A DNA stretch of 64,000 nucleotides from Lama guanicoe (Eukaryota), in NCBI GenBank assembly GCA_013239625.1, contig MU054220.1, positions 992,848 to 1,056,847 of the forward strand, written 5' to 3'. Both the position numbers and the translations under genes were made by a program. Shown piece by piece: positions 35,761 to 49,915 of this stretch (position 1 is the first letter of the stretch; each line of letters begins with the position of its first letter). The notes under the pieces were generated by a model, which made no database searches, was not told the DNA's origin, and saw only the letters and a list, made by a program, of their open reading frames with translations.

Positions 35761-37949
35761 AAGGCCAATCATAATTTAATGTAAATTTGGTTAAACAAAT
35801 AGCTTTCTTTCTACTGATCAGTTTAGCTTAGTTCCTCTAATGAATGCTTTTACCTGAGAAAAAAATTGTAGAAATTAAAATCTAAAAAGCCATGAAGAGG
35901 CGAAGTGGAGGTCAATGCTGTTGACGACACCAGAGTCCACCAAAGAGAGCAACCTGCCAGGAAGCAAATGCAAGCTCCGAGGAAAGAGGATTGCTTGAGT
36001 AGACATGTTTTATTTTGCTTTGTCCTGATTTTAATTGGAGCTTAATCACTTGTAAGTTTAAGGTTGCTTGGTGATCTTCGAGTTAGAAAGAAGAGAGTTG
36101 TTAATGATACTCATCCAAGTCAGATAAAAATCCCCTTCCCCTGTATGAGAACTCCCCTCTGGTGAGTTTACGCATAACCTTTAGCTCAGTGTCTCCTATG
36201 CTGGACATAGTTAAGTAAATGCTGTAAATTCGTGCTTTTGGGTCTTCCTTGAGCACATAATCTAGAGTGGCCCCCTGCCATCTAAGTCACCATCACATCA
36301 CACCTTTCACTTTTTTCAGCACTTTTTTCTCTCGGTGTGGCTTGTTTATATGTTTACTGATTTGTTGCCTGTCTCCCTCCACTAGAAAGTGCTACGTGAT
36401 ATGTGTCATTTTAAGATGTGTACTGATACTGTAGTGTTTAAGAGTGCAAGTTCTAAAGCCAAACTACATGGGTTCAAGTCCCACCCCAGGCATTTTCTAG
36501 TTTTGTGACCTCTGGTAAGTTATTTACATTTTCCAAGCTTCAGTTAATTCTTCCGGAAAGCATGAGTAACATTATCTATTTTGTAAGGTTCTTATGGGTG
36601 TTAAATAATAACTTGCTTTTGTAGCACCAGCGAAGTTGTAATAAGTGGCAACAGTTCTACTACAATTACCAATTATTGTACTGCAGATTTATTCTTATTT
36701 GTCATAAAAATTTTATCAAATGTTGGGGGACTTCCTGAACCTGATTTTAACTTTGGAGGCATTCACATTTTTAAGGTGAATTGTTTAGAGAGTGAATCTC
36801 ATTCATCTTGTATTAATTTGGGGGCTTTACTCTCCGATTTCTGAAAGTTCCTCACGACCTCCTAATATAATAGCTATGTAGGGGTGAGTAACAAGTATAT
36901 ATTATAGAGTTTTTTTAAGTCAGAGAGAATGGAATACTGATGGAGAAATGAGGGAAGCAGCAAAGACAGGGACATTTGTTAAATACCCACTGTGTGACAA
37001 GCACTGTCCTGGATACTTTCCATACAATGTCTCATCTGGTGCTTAAAACAACCCTATGAAATAGGGGCTACTATTTCATCGTACATATGAGCTAAGATTA
37101 ATATAAGATCTTGAGACCTTATGAAATACATCCAATGTTACATAACCTAATGAGGTAGAATTTAACACTAGTTCTGTTAGTTCCGGGGAAAAGTTATCTG
37201 GCACAGTATTGGTCATACAGGGAGCTGCCTTTTTCATCCAAGGGACCAAGGCAAGATCCACAGAGGTCCTGACCCAGACAGAATGAAGCTCTTGCTAGTT
37301 CCAGAAAAGATATAAGCCAAAATAATTGGTAATAAAAGATCTACAAGGATTATTTATTTAATCCTGATAACATCTCTATTATTCCCCTTTAACTCGAACT
37401 TAAAGAGGCATGGTTTGCCAAAGCTCACACTCTAATGACAAAACTAAGTTTGGATCTCAGAACTATCTTAAACAGTGACTGTTCTCTTAACCATTATTGT
37501 ATATTAAACCCTACCACCCATTCCTCCAAAACATACATATAAAAATAATACGTAAAGCCTCTTTCACACCGTAAAATCACAAAAAAATAATGTTCTCAAT
37601 ATGAATGACTAGGTGATATTACAATAACAATGAATTTTAGTGCAAATAATTCAACAAGAACAGACATTAGATCTTCCCCTTGGAAGTACAGAAAGAAAAA
37701 AAGAGACCAGATGGAGCAAAAGATTAAAAAGTATAGAAAGAGAAGATGGAGAATAAATACCAAAAACATCTTTATTTTCCCAGAATACTATAATTTTGTT
37801 TTGTAATTGCAAAGGTAGTAAGCTTGCATTGCATGATTTATGAAGAAATGAGTTTCATGATTCTCATAGCATCTGCTATGCAAGATAATCCCTAGGAAAT
37901 GCCTTAATAAGGTGATCCATTCTTAGGCTGAGGACACAAACGTAATCTG

Positions 37950-38145
37950 TAGCACTGTTATTCTGAGCGTCTGCATAAATCACCTGCTTAGAAACATCCC
38001 GATAATTTGTTTAGAACGCAGAGATGCCAATCCAATAACAGTCCTGTTGAATTAGAATCTCTAGAGCTGTATCCTGGGAATGTGCATTTTTAAGAAGAAT
38101 TCCAAATAATTCTGAAAGTATACCAAAGTCTGACAACTAAATGGG
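37950..38145. mobile_element. MER5-like DNA transposon fossil
   Basis: gcataaatcacctg...gaattagaatctctag...gggaatgtgcatttttaa...aattctga. Confidence 0.6.
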
Positions 38146-38349
38146 CACTCAGTAAATCTAAATGGTATATTTTTAAATAATAAGTAATTTTCTGCCTGGG
38201 ATTTTTCTCAAAGGGCTTGTATGCCAACATCAACATACTTTTACATATAGTGTTCACTTGTCCCTGAACCATAGAAATTATGTGGTTTTCTCTTTGCCAT
38301 TTAAAAAACAAAGTCATTGTATACTGCTGTGATTATTTCTCTGTTGAAG

Positions 38350-39263
38350 TCACCTTTTGATCCAGAGGTTCTTCATAGCATTTTTCACCTCTGCGTTTCG
38401 GAGGGTGTAGATTAAAGGGTTTAACATGGGAGTTATCATGGTATAAAACACAGCCACAGCTTTATCAATGGAAAAGTTGATCGCTGGGCGCAGGTACACA
38501 AATATGCAAGGCACAAAGAATAGAATGACCACGGTGATGTGGGAGATACAGGTGGAGAGGGCTTTGCGTCTCCCCTCCAAGCTATAGGCCCTTAGGGAGT
38601 GTAAGATGACCACATAGGAGACCATCAAAAGGAGGAAGTTTAACAAGCAAATGAACCCACTATTGGCAGCAACAAAAAGACCAAGGGTATGAGTGTCCAT
38701 GCAGACGAGTTTCAACAAAGGGTTCAAGTCGCACATGAAGTGATCTATGACATTGGGGCCACAGAAGGGCAGCCAGACTGTGAAGAGGATCTGAATGGTC
38801 GCGTGGACAAAGGCTCCAGCCCAGGCCACTCCCACAAGAAGGCTGCACACCTGTCGACTCATGATGGTCGTGTAGTGCAGGGGTTTGCAGATGGCCACAT
38901 AGCAGTCATAGGCCATGACCGTGAGAAGGATGATCTCAGCAGCACCAAAAAGATGCTCAGCAAAGATTTGAGTCATGCATCCCCTAAAAGAGATGTTTTT
39001 TCTCACAGTGAGGGTGTCAGCTAGCATTTTAGGGGTCATGGAGGAAGAACAGCAGCCATCTATAAGGGATAGGTAAGCAGGAAGAAGTACATGGGGCATC
39101 CCAGGGCCCTGCTGGTGCTGACGGTGATCATGATGAGCAGGTTGCCTGCCAAGGTGACCAAGTAGACCATTAAGAACACAACAAATGAAAATTTCTGAAG
39201 CTCCATATTTTGAGTCAGGCCCAGGAGGATGAAGTCTGTCACGTTATTCATTCTCTCCATCAA
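38350..39263 (-). pseudogene. OR4C-family receptor interrupted by a single 1-bp deletion
   Basis: ORFs 39060-39263 and 38350-39099 join into a full OR if one G is restored at about 39078 (TTC CTG GCT TAC is seen as TTCCTGCTTAC). MAYDRY is also changed to MAYDCY. Confidence 0.9.
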
Positions 39264-42200
39264 TTCAATTCAGGTGACAAGTGACTTCCCTGAAAAGACA
39301 GTCACAGTCATCCTCAGTAATGACACCTCTACTTAAGGAATAAATATGTTCATGGAGTACCTTATTTTCTTTTCTTCTACAAAAGGCAAAAGCAAGCACA
39401 AAACCATAACAGTTGTGGGGTTTTGGTATATTCGTACAAGTAACAGTATAAGTGGTCTTTATTTTGTTCTTTATAATTCACTCATTTGCTTTTAATTTTT
39501 GATGATAAAAATGCATAACTTTTAAAATCAGAAAAGAAAAATATCATACATCAAGCTTTAAGAGCCAATCCATGATATGACCATATAGGTGGCACATTCA
39601 TAAATACACAAATATGCGTGTATTTTATCCCCAAAATGGCTGGGCATATTTACCAGTGAAAAATCTAATTTGTTCTATTCACTGAAGTCATACGAAAAGG
39701 CTCAAAGACATAAAGATTCTTGCATGAGTGATACCTGTTCCAACCTGGCCCGTCTGGAAGCTTCTCCACTTCCTCAAAACTGAAAAGTGATGCTGCTACC
39801 TCCCCCCAACCTCAGAGGATGTGGCAAATGTCCACTATACCACCTGCCACATTGTCTCGCATGCATATCTCTTTATTCATCAACGTGGGCCCCTGAAGGC
39901 AAAAATATGCTTTACTACAATTGTAATCTTATTCATATCTGTATCCCCAGTGCTGGCCAAAAAGGAAACACTCATCAAACACTGACTGAGAGAGGGAGAA
40001 GAAAAAAAAGAGAGAAAGCAAATGGGAGAGAAAGAAAGGAGAAAGGGAGAATTAGAAATGCATTAAAAAGCAAAGAAAGAAAAATGGGCTTAAAATCCCA
40101 AGACTTAGTCTGGAGTTCAGGATCTACCCCTTATTAACTATATAATATTAATTCATTTTATCTCCCTTTGCTTCAATTTTTTCATCTGTTAGAAGGATAA
40201 GTACGCCTATATTTAAGATTGTTGTAAAGATTAAATCATTTTAGACATTATTATTATTGTTGTTGAATGGTTTTTTTTCTCATGGCTTTATCACTAGAGA
40301 AAACCTTCAAAATTCTCTCCAAACATCTCCAAAAGGCAAGGATTCTGAAATTGTAAGCTAAGAAGAGAACAAGGTTAAATGTCAAAAAGGTAGGTCCTCA
40401 GATTTTTTTAAAGGTTTTTGAAGCAAGCTATTGTAAGAATCTTTAACATAAAGATTTAATTATTGTTCAGTTTGCTTACTTTTATGGGAATTCATTTCAT
40501 TATTCATTTCATTAATTCACTTGCTAATATTTCATATTCCAAAACATAAAAAAAAGTAGTCCTTCTAATTTCAACTCTTACGATTAAATGTGGAGTTTTC
40601 TGGGAAACAGGAAACTTTAAGCTCAGCTCATTATTCAAATAAAGGCTTTGTAGATCTATTCATTTTTGTATCTGCAGTGCTGGCCAATATGAAGCATTTT
40701 AAAGCATTTGGCGAGAGAGTGAGAAAAGAGATGTGGCGAGAGAAAGAGAGGAGAAGAGAAGAAAAAGAAAAAGGAGAAAAGGTTAAACAAAGAAAGGAAA
40801 AGAGGAAAAGGAGGAGGAAAATGGGCACATTACACCTACAGAGCCATCTAAGAAAGACATTTTTCAGGCAGATGTGTTGTAACATTTCCAACAAGTGTTG
40901 CCCTTGAATTCCGAACTTTTTATCAAACACCTTTGTTGATTGTGGCCCTTAGGATCGACATCACAAAAAATACTGACATATAAGAATCAGGTTGTTCTTA
41001 CATACAAATTGGTCAGAAAAAAAGTTTCTATTGCCCAGCTCGGTACTGAGGATTTTAAACTACTGACTTGTCATCAGTTGGTCCTTTACAGGCTCAGCAA
41101 TACTTAAAATAAACCCCATCAGGGTTTTCTTCAGTCTAAGTTGTGTGCAGCCGGAATCATGATCATGGTAATTTACTGTTAAAAAGAAAAGTGTTTCCAG
41201 AAAAGAAAGCCCTGAAGTAAAATCAAAAAGAAGGTCGTGTCTCTCCTATATACCAGTGCTCACCACATCCTGTCTAGGACTTCTCATCCTGGCCTGCCTT
41301 GTTCAAATAATAAACTAGACCAGAAAGAAGACGCATTCACTTTGCATTTGAAAGGAATTTGGGTTTGGGGGGAGGGGGGAGATTTCAGCAGCTCTTTCAC
41401 ATTTCTATTTCTATGGGATTCATAGATGTCTATAATTTTTTTTAATATATATATATAGAATTTAGTCTGCTAGGCCCTAAGAACATGGTTGCCATTTCTA
41501 ACACTAGGAAAGTAAATCCAATTATGAAAATCAGCAGTGGATTAAAGATCCTCTTGATGAGAAATGTCCTGAAGCCAATTCTCCCAGGCCTTTTTTCAGA
41601 GATTCTAGGCTCAGCGCAAAGTTAAATATTTTGGTCTTGGGGACTCATCCTTCCTCTTCCCATCTTTTCACTAAACTCCCCGGCTTTACCCAGAGGAGGT
41701 CAGGGAGAGACACTGCCTTTGTGGTTTACTCACCAAAATGTCCTCACAGCCCTGCCTTCTCAAATCCTTCAGTTCTCACTGTATAGAGACACCAGTTTTA
41801 CGCAAGTGGGTGACTTACTTCTGTGCGATTTCCTCAAGGGAAGAGTAATTAACTTTAGTAGATTTTGCCAAAATAGCAACCAAATGCTTCTCCCTTCTGG
41901 CTACAGCCCTTCCAACTAGAGAATGACACTTTTGACAATGATTAGAATTCATCTACAAGAATGAGAGAAGCATCAGGCTACAGTCAGAGCGTGGATTCTT
42001 CATTTCTTTTTTTTTTAATGGAATATCTGAAATGTACCAGGCAGCTTTGTTCAATAATAAAAATGACAGCAACTAACTATTAAGTGCTATAGGCCAGGCC
42101 CTACGTTAAACACATATATGTGAGGTATGCTTCGTGATGGGCACCATTATTATTCCCATTTACATTGAGGAAAATGAGAAATTTACATGGGATCAGAATT

Positions 42201-43237
42201 GAGTAGTGGCAGAACTGAAATTTAAATACAAACCTGTCTCCAAAGCCTGGATAATATCTTTGCCCTCATGATGCAAGAATCAACTATTAAAAAAAAAAAA
42301 AAAGAACAGTGAGCACTGTGAAAAGGGGCATACATATCTTTGTATAATTGGGACATGGCTTAAAGTAGGGTGGAGGTGGAAATGCTCAGATAAAGTATTC
42401 TTTAAAAAGTGATGTTAAAATTGAAGTCAAAAAAAAAAACTACACAAGGCCTAGATTAGATAAATTAAGCGAGAGCTTGGGAAGGTTAACAGGTTTCAGA
42501 ATGAATCTGGACTGTATCATTTGGTGAATAGTGAAGAGGGTACCTGTGTGAGCCCACCAATGCACTGGTAATTCCATCCTCTTATGAGCTAACTCCAATC
42601 AATTGCACTTTTGCAAATATCATCTTCAAGTATACTATATGCTTTCCTTGTCACTGTCAGTTAGCTGGAAATTACTGCAGCCGAAGAGTTAAAATGCACT
42701 AAGCAACTGAAAAACCCAGTTATAACTGATTCACTCAAATATGAACAAAGACAGCTTAAAGCACACAGCTGTCCAGGAAGCACAGACCCGCTCTCTATTC
42801 TAAGCTGGGCTATCATATTTTCCTACCTTGAATGAGCTATTTAAGCTTTCTTAGCCTGTTTTTATCATCCTCGTTGTTTTAAAGAATAAATAGAAATAAT
42901 TTTTAATATTAATAAAGGCACCCATATTTTCACTTTTTTAGTTTTATTAGGTAGAATTATGACAGTTTGCACATACACATTATATTGCATATAAATACAT
43001 ATACACAGTATAATGCACATTATTTTAGTTTACATATATGTACTGATTATTGTTTCTAGGAACAGATTAGAGTTTTCGCTTTTTAAACTTATATAGTTAT
43101 CAAAGGAATAAAGCCAACTACAAAATGAGAATCAACAGAATGTAGTAATCCAATCATAAAGGACAGTCAAATGTGCTTACACATATTCAAGAGATCAATC
43201 ATCTTAGTTATAAATAATAAGTAGCTCATCTGTGTCC

Positions 43238-43382
43238 TTATTATTATTATTTTTTTTAGATTCCTCATATAAATGATGTCATATGGCATTTTTCTTTCTC
43301 TTTCCAACCCACTTCAATTAGAATGACAATCTTCAGGTCCATCTATATTGCTGCAAATGGCATTATTTTATTCTTTTTTATG
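43238..43382 (-). mobile_element. Short L1 fragment
   Basis: tttagattcctcatataaatgatgtcatatgg...caggtccatctatattgctgcaaatggcattattttattc is the L1 ORF2-end/3' UTR junction in reverse. Confidence 0.8.
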
Positions 43383-43769
43383 AAGGCAGCTATATTTTTA
43401 CAAACTTAAAAAAAAAAAAAACAAGATCTCAAACTCAAGATGAAATTTCCACTAACATTTGAGAATCTGTTTTCAAGTGACTGCAGAAACGTACCTTGTC
43501 AAACACTCTTCAGGAATGATTTCCCATCACACAACAACTAGCATGGTCGTCCTGTCTCCCAGAAGCTGCTTGCTCTGCAAGGCTCCAGTACTGAAGTCTG
43601 CAGTTGATGTATCTTGGGGTACAATTTTGGGGGTTCAAACAATGCTTGTGGTGGTGCTTCAGAGCTGATGTTGGTTGGTAGATTTCTAGGTAATTCCACA
43701 TTTCAGTGTTACTGACAGGCTGTTGTAAAGACTAGAACACAAATCTAGACATACACATGCCAACTATTT

Positions 43770-45040
43770 TCTGACTAGAATCGAGGTTATGTGGTGTTCA
43801 GGATTACTAGATAGCACCAAATTTGTTTCCAAAGTAGCTGTATCAATATATACTTCCAGCAGCAATGTAAAAGACATCTATTGGTTCCTATTCTCTACAT
43901 TACATGGTAATCTCAAACTTCCTAATTTCTGCAAATTACATGGATACAGAGTGTTATCTCATTGTGGGTTTGATAGGCATTTCTATACTTATGAATTGAT
44001 TATCACGTCACATGTTTATTCTTCACATCAGTCTTTCGCTGAAATGCCTGCTCATGTCTTTGGGCTATTTTCCACTTGTCTTTTTATTTTCAGTTGGTAG
44101 AAGTTTGCTAAGCATGCTAAACAGTAATCCTTTATGATTTAAAGTCTTGCAAATATTTTCTAGTTGAGGCTTGTCTTTTCACTTATTTTAAGGTTTTCTT
44201 ACTAACAGCAGGTCATAATTTAAATATTGATGTTTATATGCTTTTTCTTTATGAAAAAAAGTATTTTGTGTTTCCTTTAAAAAATGCATATACTTCAAAG
44301 TCACAAACATATTCACCTATATTTTCTTTCAAAGTATTTGATGTTTGGCTTTTGATATTTAAATGCTAAAACTAACACAAACTATGAAATCTTTGTCAAG
44401 CTAAAGTCTTCAAAAATATACTCCAGGTTTCTTCTAGAAAATTTATACTTTTTACTCTTTTCTTTTGGTGTATAATTCATCTCAAATTAATTTTTATGTA
44501 ATTTGAATTACAAGCTCAGGTTTATTATTATCAATATGATTATCCACTATTACGGCATGTTTTGTTGAAAGGATTTTCCTTTCCCCATAGTTGCATTGGC
44601 AGCTTTTTGTGCAAATCAATTAACCATATATGTGCCGGCCTATTTCTGGACTCTATATTCTGTTCCATGTATCTGTCTGCTTACTTCATGTTGATATCAC
44701 ACTGTCTTGGTTACTGCATATTTATATTAAGTCTTAAAATTAGATAGTGTAAAATTTCAAGGTGGAGCTCTTGTACATAATCCATTACATTTTTTCTTAA
44801 GTATTTTCATTTTTATCTAATGTGAACAGTGTTTGTCAATTTAATTTTTCAATATTTTTATTCTTGATGCAGAGGCATAGTTTACTTTTATATGTTGAAC
44901 TTTTATACAGCAACATAGCTACATTCACTCATTAGTAATGATTTCTCTACATACAAAACCATAAATTTTCCAAATATACAGTTTAGTTCTTCCTTTTCAA
45001 ACTCTGTCATTTTTCCATCTTTATTGCACTTTCTACAAAC
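43770..45040 (-). mobile_element. Old L1 fragment(s)
   Basis: Minus-strand L1 motifs (ccaaagtagctgtatcaat...ccagcagcaatgt; caaatcaattaaccatatatgtg). Confidence 0.7.
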
Positions 45041-45044
45041 TCCA

Positions 45045-47150
45045 GTTTTTGCAAAAATCATTTAGAAAAGTCAATAGACCAACAAACAACTACAGCCCAC
45101 TAAAAAGTTTTCCTCATACAGTCAGAACAATACAAGAGTATCCACTCTAAATCCTTCCTATTTAACATTTTATTATAGGTTTCTATCCTAAAAAATTAGG
45201 TTTAAAGAAAAGAATAAAGGTCATCCAAATTGAACAGGAGGAAAGTAAAACTATTTTTATTTCCATATGAATGATCTCACATATAGATAACCGTAAAGAA
45301 CCCACACCAAAAAAACACAAAAACAAAAACAAAAAACCTCTTAGAGTTAATAAACAAGTTCAGCAAAATTGCAGGATACAAAATCAACATACAAAAAACA
45401 CTTGTATTTCTATACACTAGTGATGAACAATCTGAAAACGAAATTGAGAAAAATTATTTACAATAGCATCAGAAAGAATAAAATACAGAAGAATAAATTT
45501 AACCAATAGGTAGAAGGCTTTCATACTGAAAATGTAAAATGTTTTTTAAAGAAATTAAATACCTAAATCTTCATGGATTGAAAGATTTAATATAATTAAG
45601 ATCACTCTTCAAACTAATTTACAGGTGCACTGAATCACTGTCAAGATCCCAATACCTTTTTCTGCAGAAATAGAAAAGCTGATCCTAAAATTCATATGGC
45701 ATTGCAAGAAACTCCAAATAACCAAATGATGGCACATTTTTCACTCTCTGAACTTACCAAAAGTTCTAGTAATTAAAACTATAGTATTGGCATGAGGAGA
45801 CACATATAGACTAAAGGAACAGAATTGAGAGTCCAGAAAAAAACCCGTACATGCATAGTCAAATGAAATTTTACAAGGTAGTCAAAACCATTCATTAGAG
45901 AATGAACATTATCTTCAACAAATGGTGCTGGAGCACCTGGATATTTAAATACAAAAGAATGAATTAAGACCCCAACCTCATACCATATACAAAAATTAAC
46001 TCAAAATGGATACAGGACCAAAGTGTAACCTTAAATTATAAAATTCTTAGAACACATAAGAGCAAATCTTTATGGCCTTATGATTAGGTAATGGTTTATT
46101 AAATATGGCAGAAAACACAAGCAACAAAAGAAAATTAGAAATTAGACTTTATCAAAATTTTAAATCTTCCCCCTATCAAATGTCAACATTTTTAAAAATG
46201 AAAAGGCAATACATGGGCTAGGAGAAAACTATATATACACATATAATTTTATAAGTTTTATATACATGAATTTTTAGAACTCTATTTTTAAATGTACAAA
46301 GGACATGAATAGAAATATCACAAAAGAAGATACGTAAATGGTCAATAAGAACATGAAGAACAGAGTACTCAACATCATTAGCAATAGGGAAGTAAAAACT
46401 AAAATCACAATAATTTACCATTCTTGGTGGGAATGTAAATTGGCATCGCATTTATGGAAAACAGAATGGAGATTCCTGAAAAAATTAAAAATAAGATTTT
46501 TGATCCATCACCCCCACTTCTGGGTATATATCCAAAGGAACTGAAATCATTTATCTTTAAGAGATATCTGCTCATGTTCATTATGGCATAATTTACAAGA
46601 GCTGGGATATGGAAACAACATATATGTCCACTGATAGATGAATGGATAATGTGGTGTATATATATACAATAGGGACAACCAAGGGAAAATGGTCATCTGT
46701 GACTACATGGAGTGAACCTGGAGAACATAATGCCAAGTAGAATAAGGCAGAGAAGAGAAACACTGCATGATCTTACTTATATGTGGAATGTGAAATATTC
46801 AAACTTATAGCAGAGAGTAGAATGGTGGTTGCCAGAGACTGGGGGAAGGAGAAATAGGGAAATGTTCACCAGGGAGAACAAAGTTCCAGGTATGCAAGAT
46901 GAATGATTTCTGGAAATCTGTTGTACAGCAATGTGACCATAGTTAACAATACTGCATTGTACACTTGAAATTTGCTATGAGGGTGGATCATAAGTACTAA
47001 TGTCACACACAAAAAAAATAGTTATAATGTGAGTGATAAATGTTAATAGCTTGATCGCAGAGATTATTTCACAATGTATGCTTATATCAAAATACAAAGT
47101 TATACACCTTAAATACACCCAATTTTATTTGTCCTTGATACTTCAATAAA
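45045..47150 (+). mobile_element. L1M-type element, ORF2 3' half and 3' UTR
   Basis: INKFSKIAGYKINIQK-like sequence near 45350, cttcaacaaatggtgctgg, and a 3' end ...tacttcaataaa at 47150. Confidence 0.88.
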
Positions 47151-49668
47151 TCTGGGGAGTGGGAAGAAATACAAAAAGCTTTTAGAGTCAAGAACTTTCA
47201 AAACTCTGCCTTTGATTTTATGTCTCACTGATCTAGCTCTCATGCAATTAACAGTGATTTCCAATGAAGGTTTAATATTGATAAGAAAATTAAACTCCCC
47301 TATGGCACGAGTCAACAACAGAGAAACTACATCACAGGTCCACACGCTCGAATTATGCCACCTGGCTATTCACATGACATTCAGTTTTCGTAACAACCCC
47401 AGGGGCAGACAGAGAAAGGTAACTCTCACATGTTTAAGTTCTAAGTGTAGGGAATACTGCTACTCATTGAAGAATGGGTGTTTCTCCAACATATCTCTCC
47501 AGAATACCAGCTTCTGGACAAAGTCTTTCCATCAAAGGAGACAATTAATTCCTAGGAGAGAAAGCAATTACTATAAGACAAGTAAGTTCTCTGAGCCTTA
47601 TAGAATCTACTTTAAGTATCTATACAAGGGCAAGATGAAAATGATTTTTGTTGCTGTTTACATGTCCAGAGCAAGATTCATGGGCAGAGTGAACCATCTG
47701 AATGTGCTTTCTCCACACTGTCTGCCTCTTGTGCTACAGGACCAGAGATATCTTATTTAAAATCATTTCTCCGTAGTGCTTCAAGTGAACCCATTCTAAA
47801 TTCAGAATCAGAAAACATTTCAGATTTTCTGTGAAAAGCATTTGAGGCTTCAGGCTATGTGGAAAGATTTAGATATGTTAGAACACTTTCTTTTTTTTAA
47901 CAGGTTTATTGAGATATAATTGATATACCCAAAAAAGTGTACATGTTCAATGTATACAATTTCTTAACAATTGTTCACTTGATAGTTAATAAGCTCTTCT
48001 CAAGTGTGACATGTTTCATACTGCAAGTTGCTTACTGTAAGAAGTGGTCACTTTGAACATGGAACTGCTTCTGAACATACCCAGACATCACTTAAGATCA
48101 TCTAAGACAGGCAAGGTAAGAGTTCAATAGTGCTGATGCTTATTTTAGATTGCTACTTTCCCTACACAGTAATCAGTATTTTTTAACATTTTTAAGATAT
48201 AGTAATAGAATATTTCATCTTCATTCTAATTTTTCAAGAGATATGCATAAATATCATTAATCTAATTTGACAGTTGAATATTTTGAGGCTCATACACATT
48301 AAGTAAATTGTGGGAGCCAGCTCTCTGACGCCAGGCACCATGTTTGCCATGAAACACCTCCTTTAGCAATCAAAACTATTGATGAGGGTGAAAATAAAAT
48401 TGAAATACACTTCACATACACAGGGAAGAAATTAAGAATATTAGTGACAAACCATCAGCTGTTTCATCAAGCACAAATATGGAGAAAACTGGGGAAACTG
48501 CTAAGCATAACATGAGTTTCCGTGGCTTCTTTGAGAGTAAAGTTGGTGGTGATTCTTCTGGAGCCTGTTCCACGGTTAATTATCTCTCTGTATTGCTGCC
48601 CCAACTGGTCGTTCTTCCTATCCCACAAGTGCATACACAGTCATAAAAACCATGCAGAGTCCTTCCTGTGTCCACAGCAGTGTGGTGACTGTGTTCATAC
48701 ATATTCCCTCAATCGTCACAACAATCTCTGAGGTGGAGATTATTATTCTAACTTTACAGATGAGAAAACAAGGTTGTAAGGTGCCAAAGAGACGTACCTC
48801 AGGGGAAGGAAGTTGCAGCTGGAAGAACCATGATTCTAATCTGGTCTTTCTGGTTCTCAAACCAATCCATTTAATCACTTGGGATAGTCTTTTTCAACAT
48901 TCTGCAGAGAAATCTGTGGTCCCATTCTTTGGAGTGGTATCGGAGAAGGGAGAGTGAGTTGTGAGGGAGAAGTCGAGATGAAAGGGCCATTCAGTGAATG
49001 CAATACCGCATTTTAATTACACTTTGAAAGTCCAAAGATGTCACTGTGTGTGTCTGTGTGTGAGAGAGAGAGAGAGACCTAATGAAATTGCTTCATATAA
49101 ACTTGCCTCTGAAGTAATATTGAAGTAATTAGAACAATTTTGGTCATTTCAAAAAGAGATTACTAGTTCAATATTGTTTATCATAACAATGTTGGGTATA
49201 GGTTAAGAAGTAGGAGGAGAAAATTAATAAATAAGGATAACCTGAAACCTAGTCTTGACCCTGCCCTTCATTAGCTGCTTGGTCTTAGGCAGCATTCTTA
49301 ACCTCTATGCTTCTATTTCCTAATGTGTAAAATAAGTATAAAAGTGATAGTAGTAACCGTCTCTGAGATTTATACTGAGAGTTAATTACCAAATGTCTCC
49401 ATAAACACTTAAGCTGCGGTAAGTGTTCAGTTTTAGTTAATAGTAGCATTTTCATTCAACTATTAACATTAGTCTCTGAGGTTGTTTCCTCATCTGCAAA
49501 ACGGATGATACAATACCAACCACACAGAGTGTTACCACGATGAAAAGGAAGCGTGCGTGTGAGACATTTACTACCACGCCATGCACGTCAACCAGTCATT
49601 GAAAAGTATATGTTATTATGTATTATAGTGATTAGATTTAGTCAGCATACCTTATAAATACTTTTAAA

Positions 49669-49784
49669 GGGGGGGATATAGCTCAGTGGGTAGAGTGCAT
49701 GCCTAGCATACACAAGGTTCTGGGTTCTATTCCCAGTATCTCCATTAAAAATAAAAAATAAAAACCTAACTACCTCCTTCTCCC
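49669..49784 (+). mobile_element. tRNA-derived SINE, vic-1-like (camelid)
   Basis: gggggggatatagctcagtgggtagagtgcatgcctagcat...gggttctattcccagtatctcc carries Pol III A and B boxes, then an A-rich linker and acctaactacctcc. No final A-tail or TSD. Confidence 0.85.
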
Positions 49785-49893
49785 ATGCTTAGGTTCCAAG
49801 TGTAGAGAATATAGTTTCCCCACTCAAGAATGGGTGTTTCTCAAACACGTCTCTCCAGAATATCTGTTTCTAAGACAAAGCCTTTGACACAAA

Positions 49894-49915
49894 AGAGATA
49901 ATTAATTCCTGGGAG
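49894..49915 (+). promoter_or_regulatory. Homeodomain (TAATTA) + O/E-like (TCCTGGGA) composite site
   Basis: agagataattaattcctgggag, about 2.9 kb upstream of the OR at 52781; 21/22 identical to the reverse complement of 63774-63795. Confidence 0.55.

Noticed and set aside
38333..38360. Apparent second 1-bp deletion near the stop (KR* instead of KKVTSTEK*), suggesting homopolymer sequencing errors
   Set aside because: The decayed paralog at about 26375-26402 has the same AAA AG(A/G) TGA cttca arrangement, so the short C-terminus predates the duplication.
40590..40930. K/E/R-rich and F/L/S-rich ORFs, also 39787-40137 and 63715-63939
   Set aside because: Translations of purine-rich or T-rich low-complexity tracts.
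47212..47760. 182-aa ORF
   Set aside because: Non-ATG start and no recognisable domain. The frame is not preserved in the duplicate copy from 49782.
49669..49745. tRNA gene
   Set aside because: It has A and B boxes but degenerate stems and a SINE-type tail, so it is a tRNA-derived SINE.
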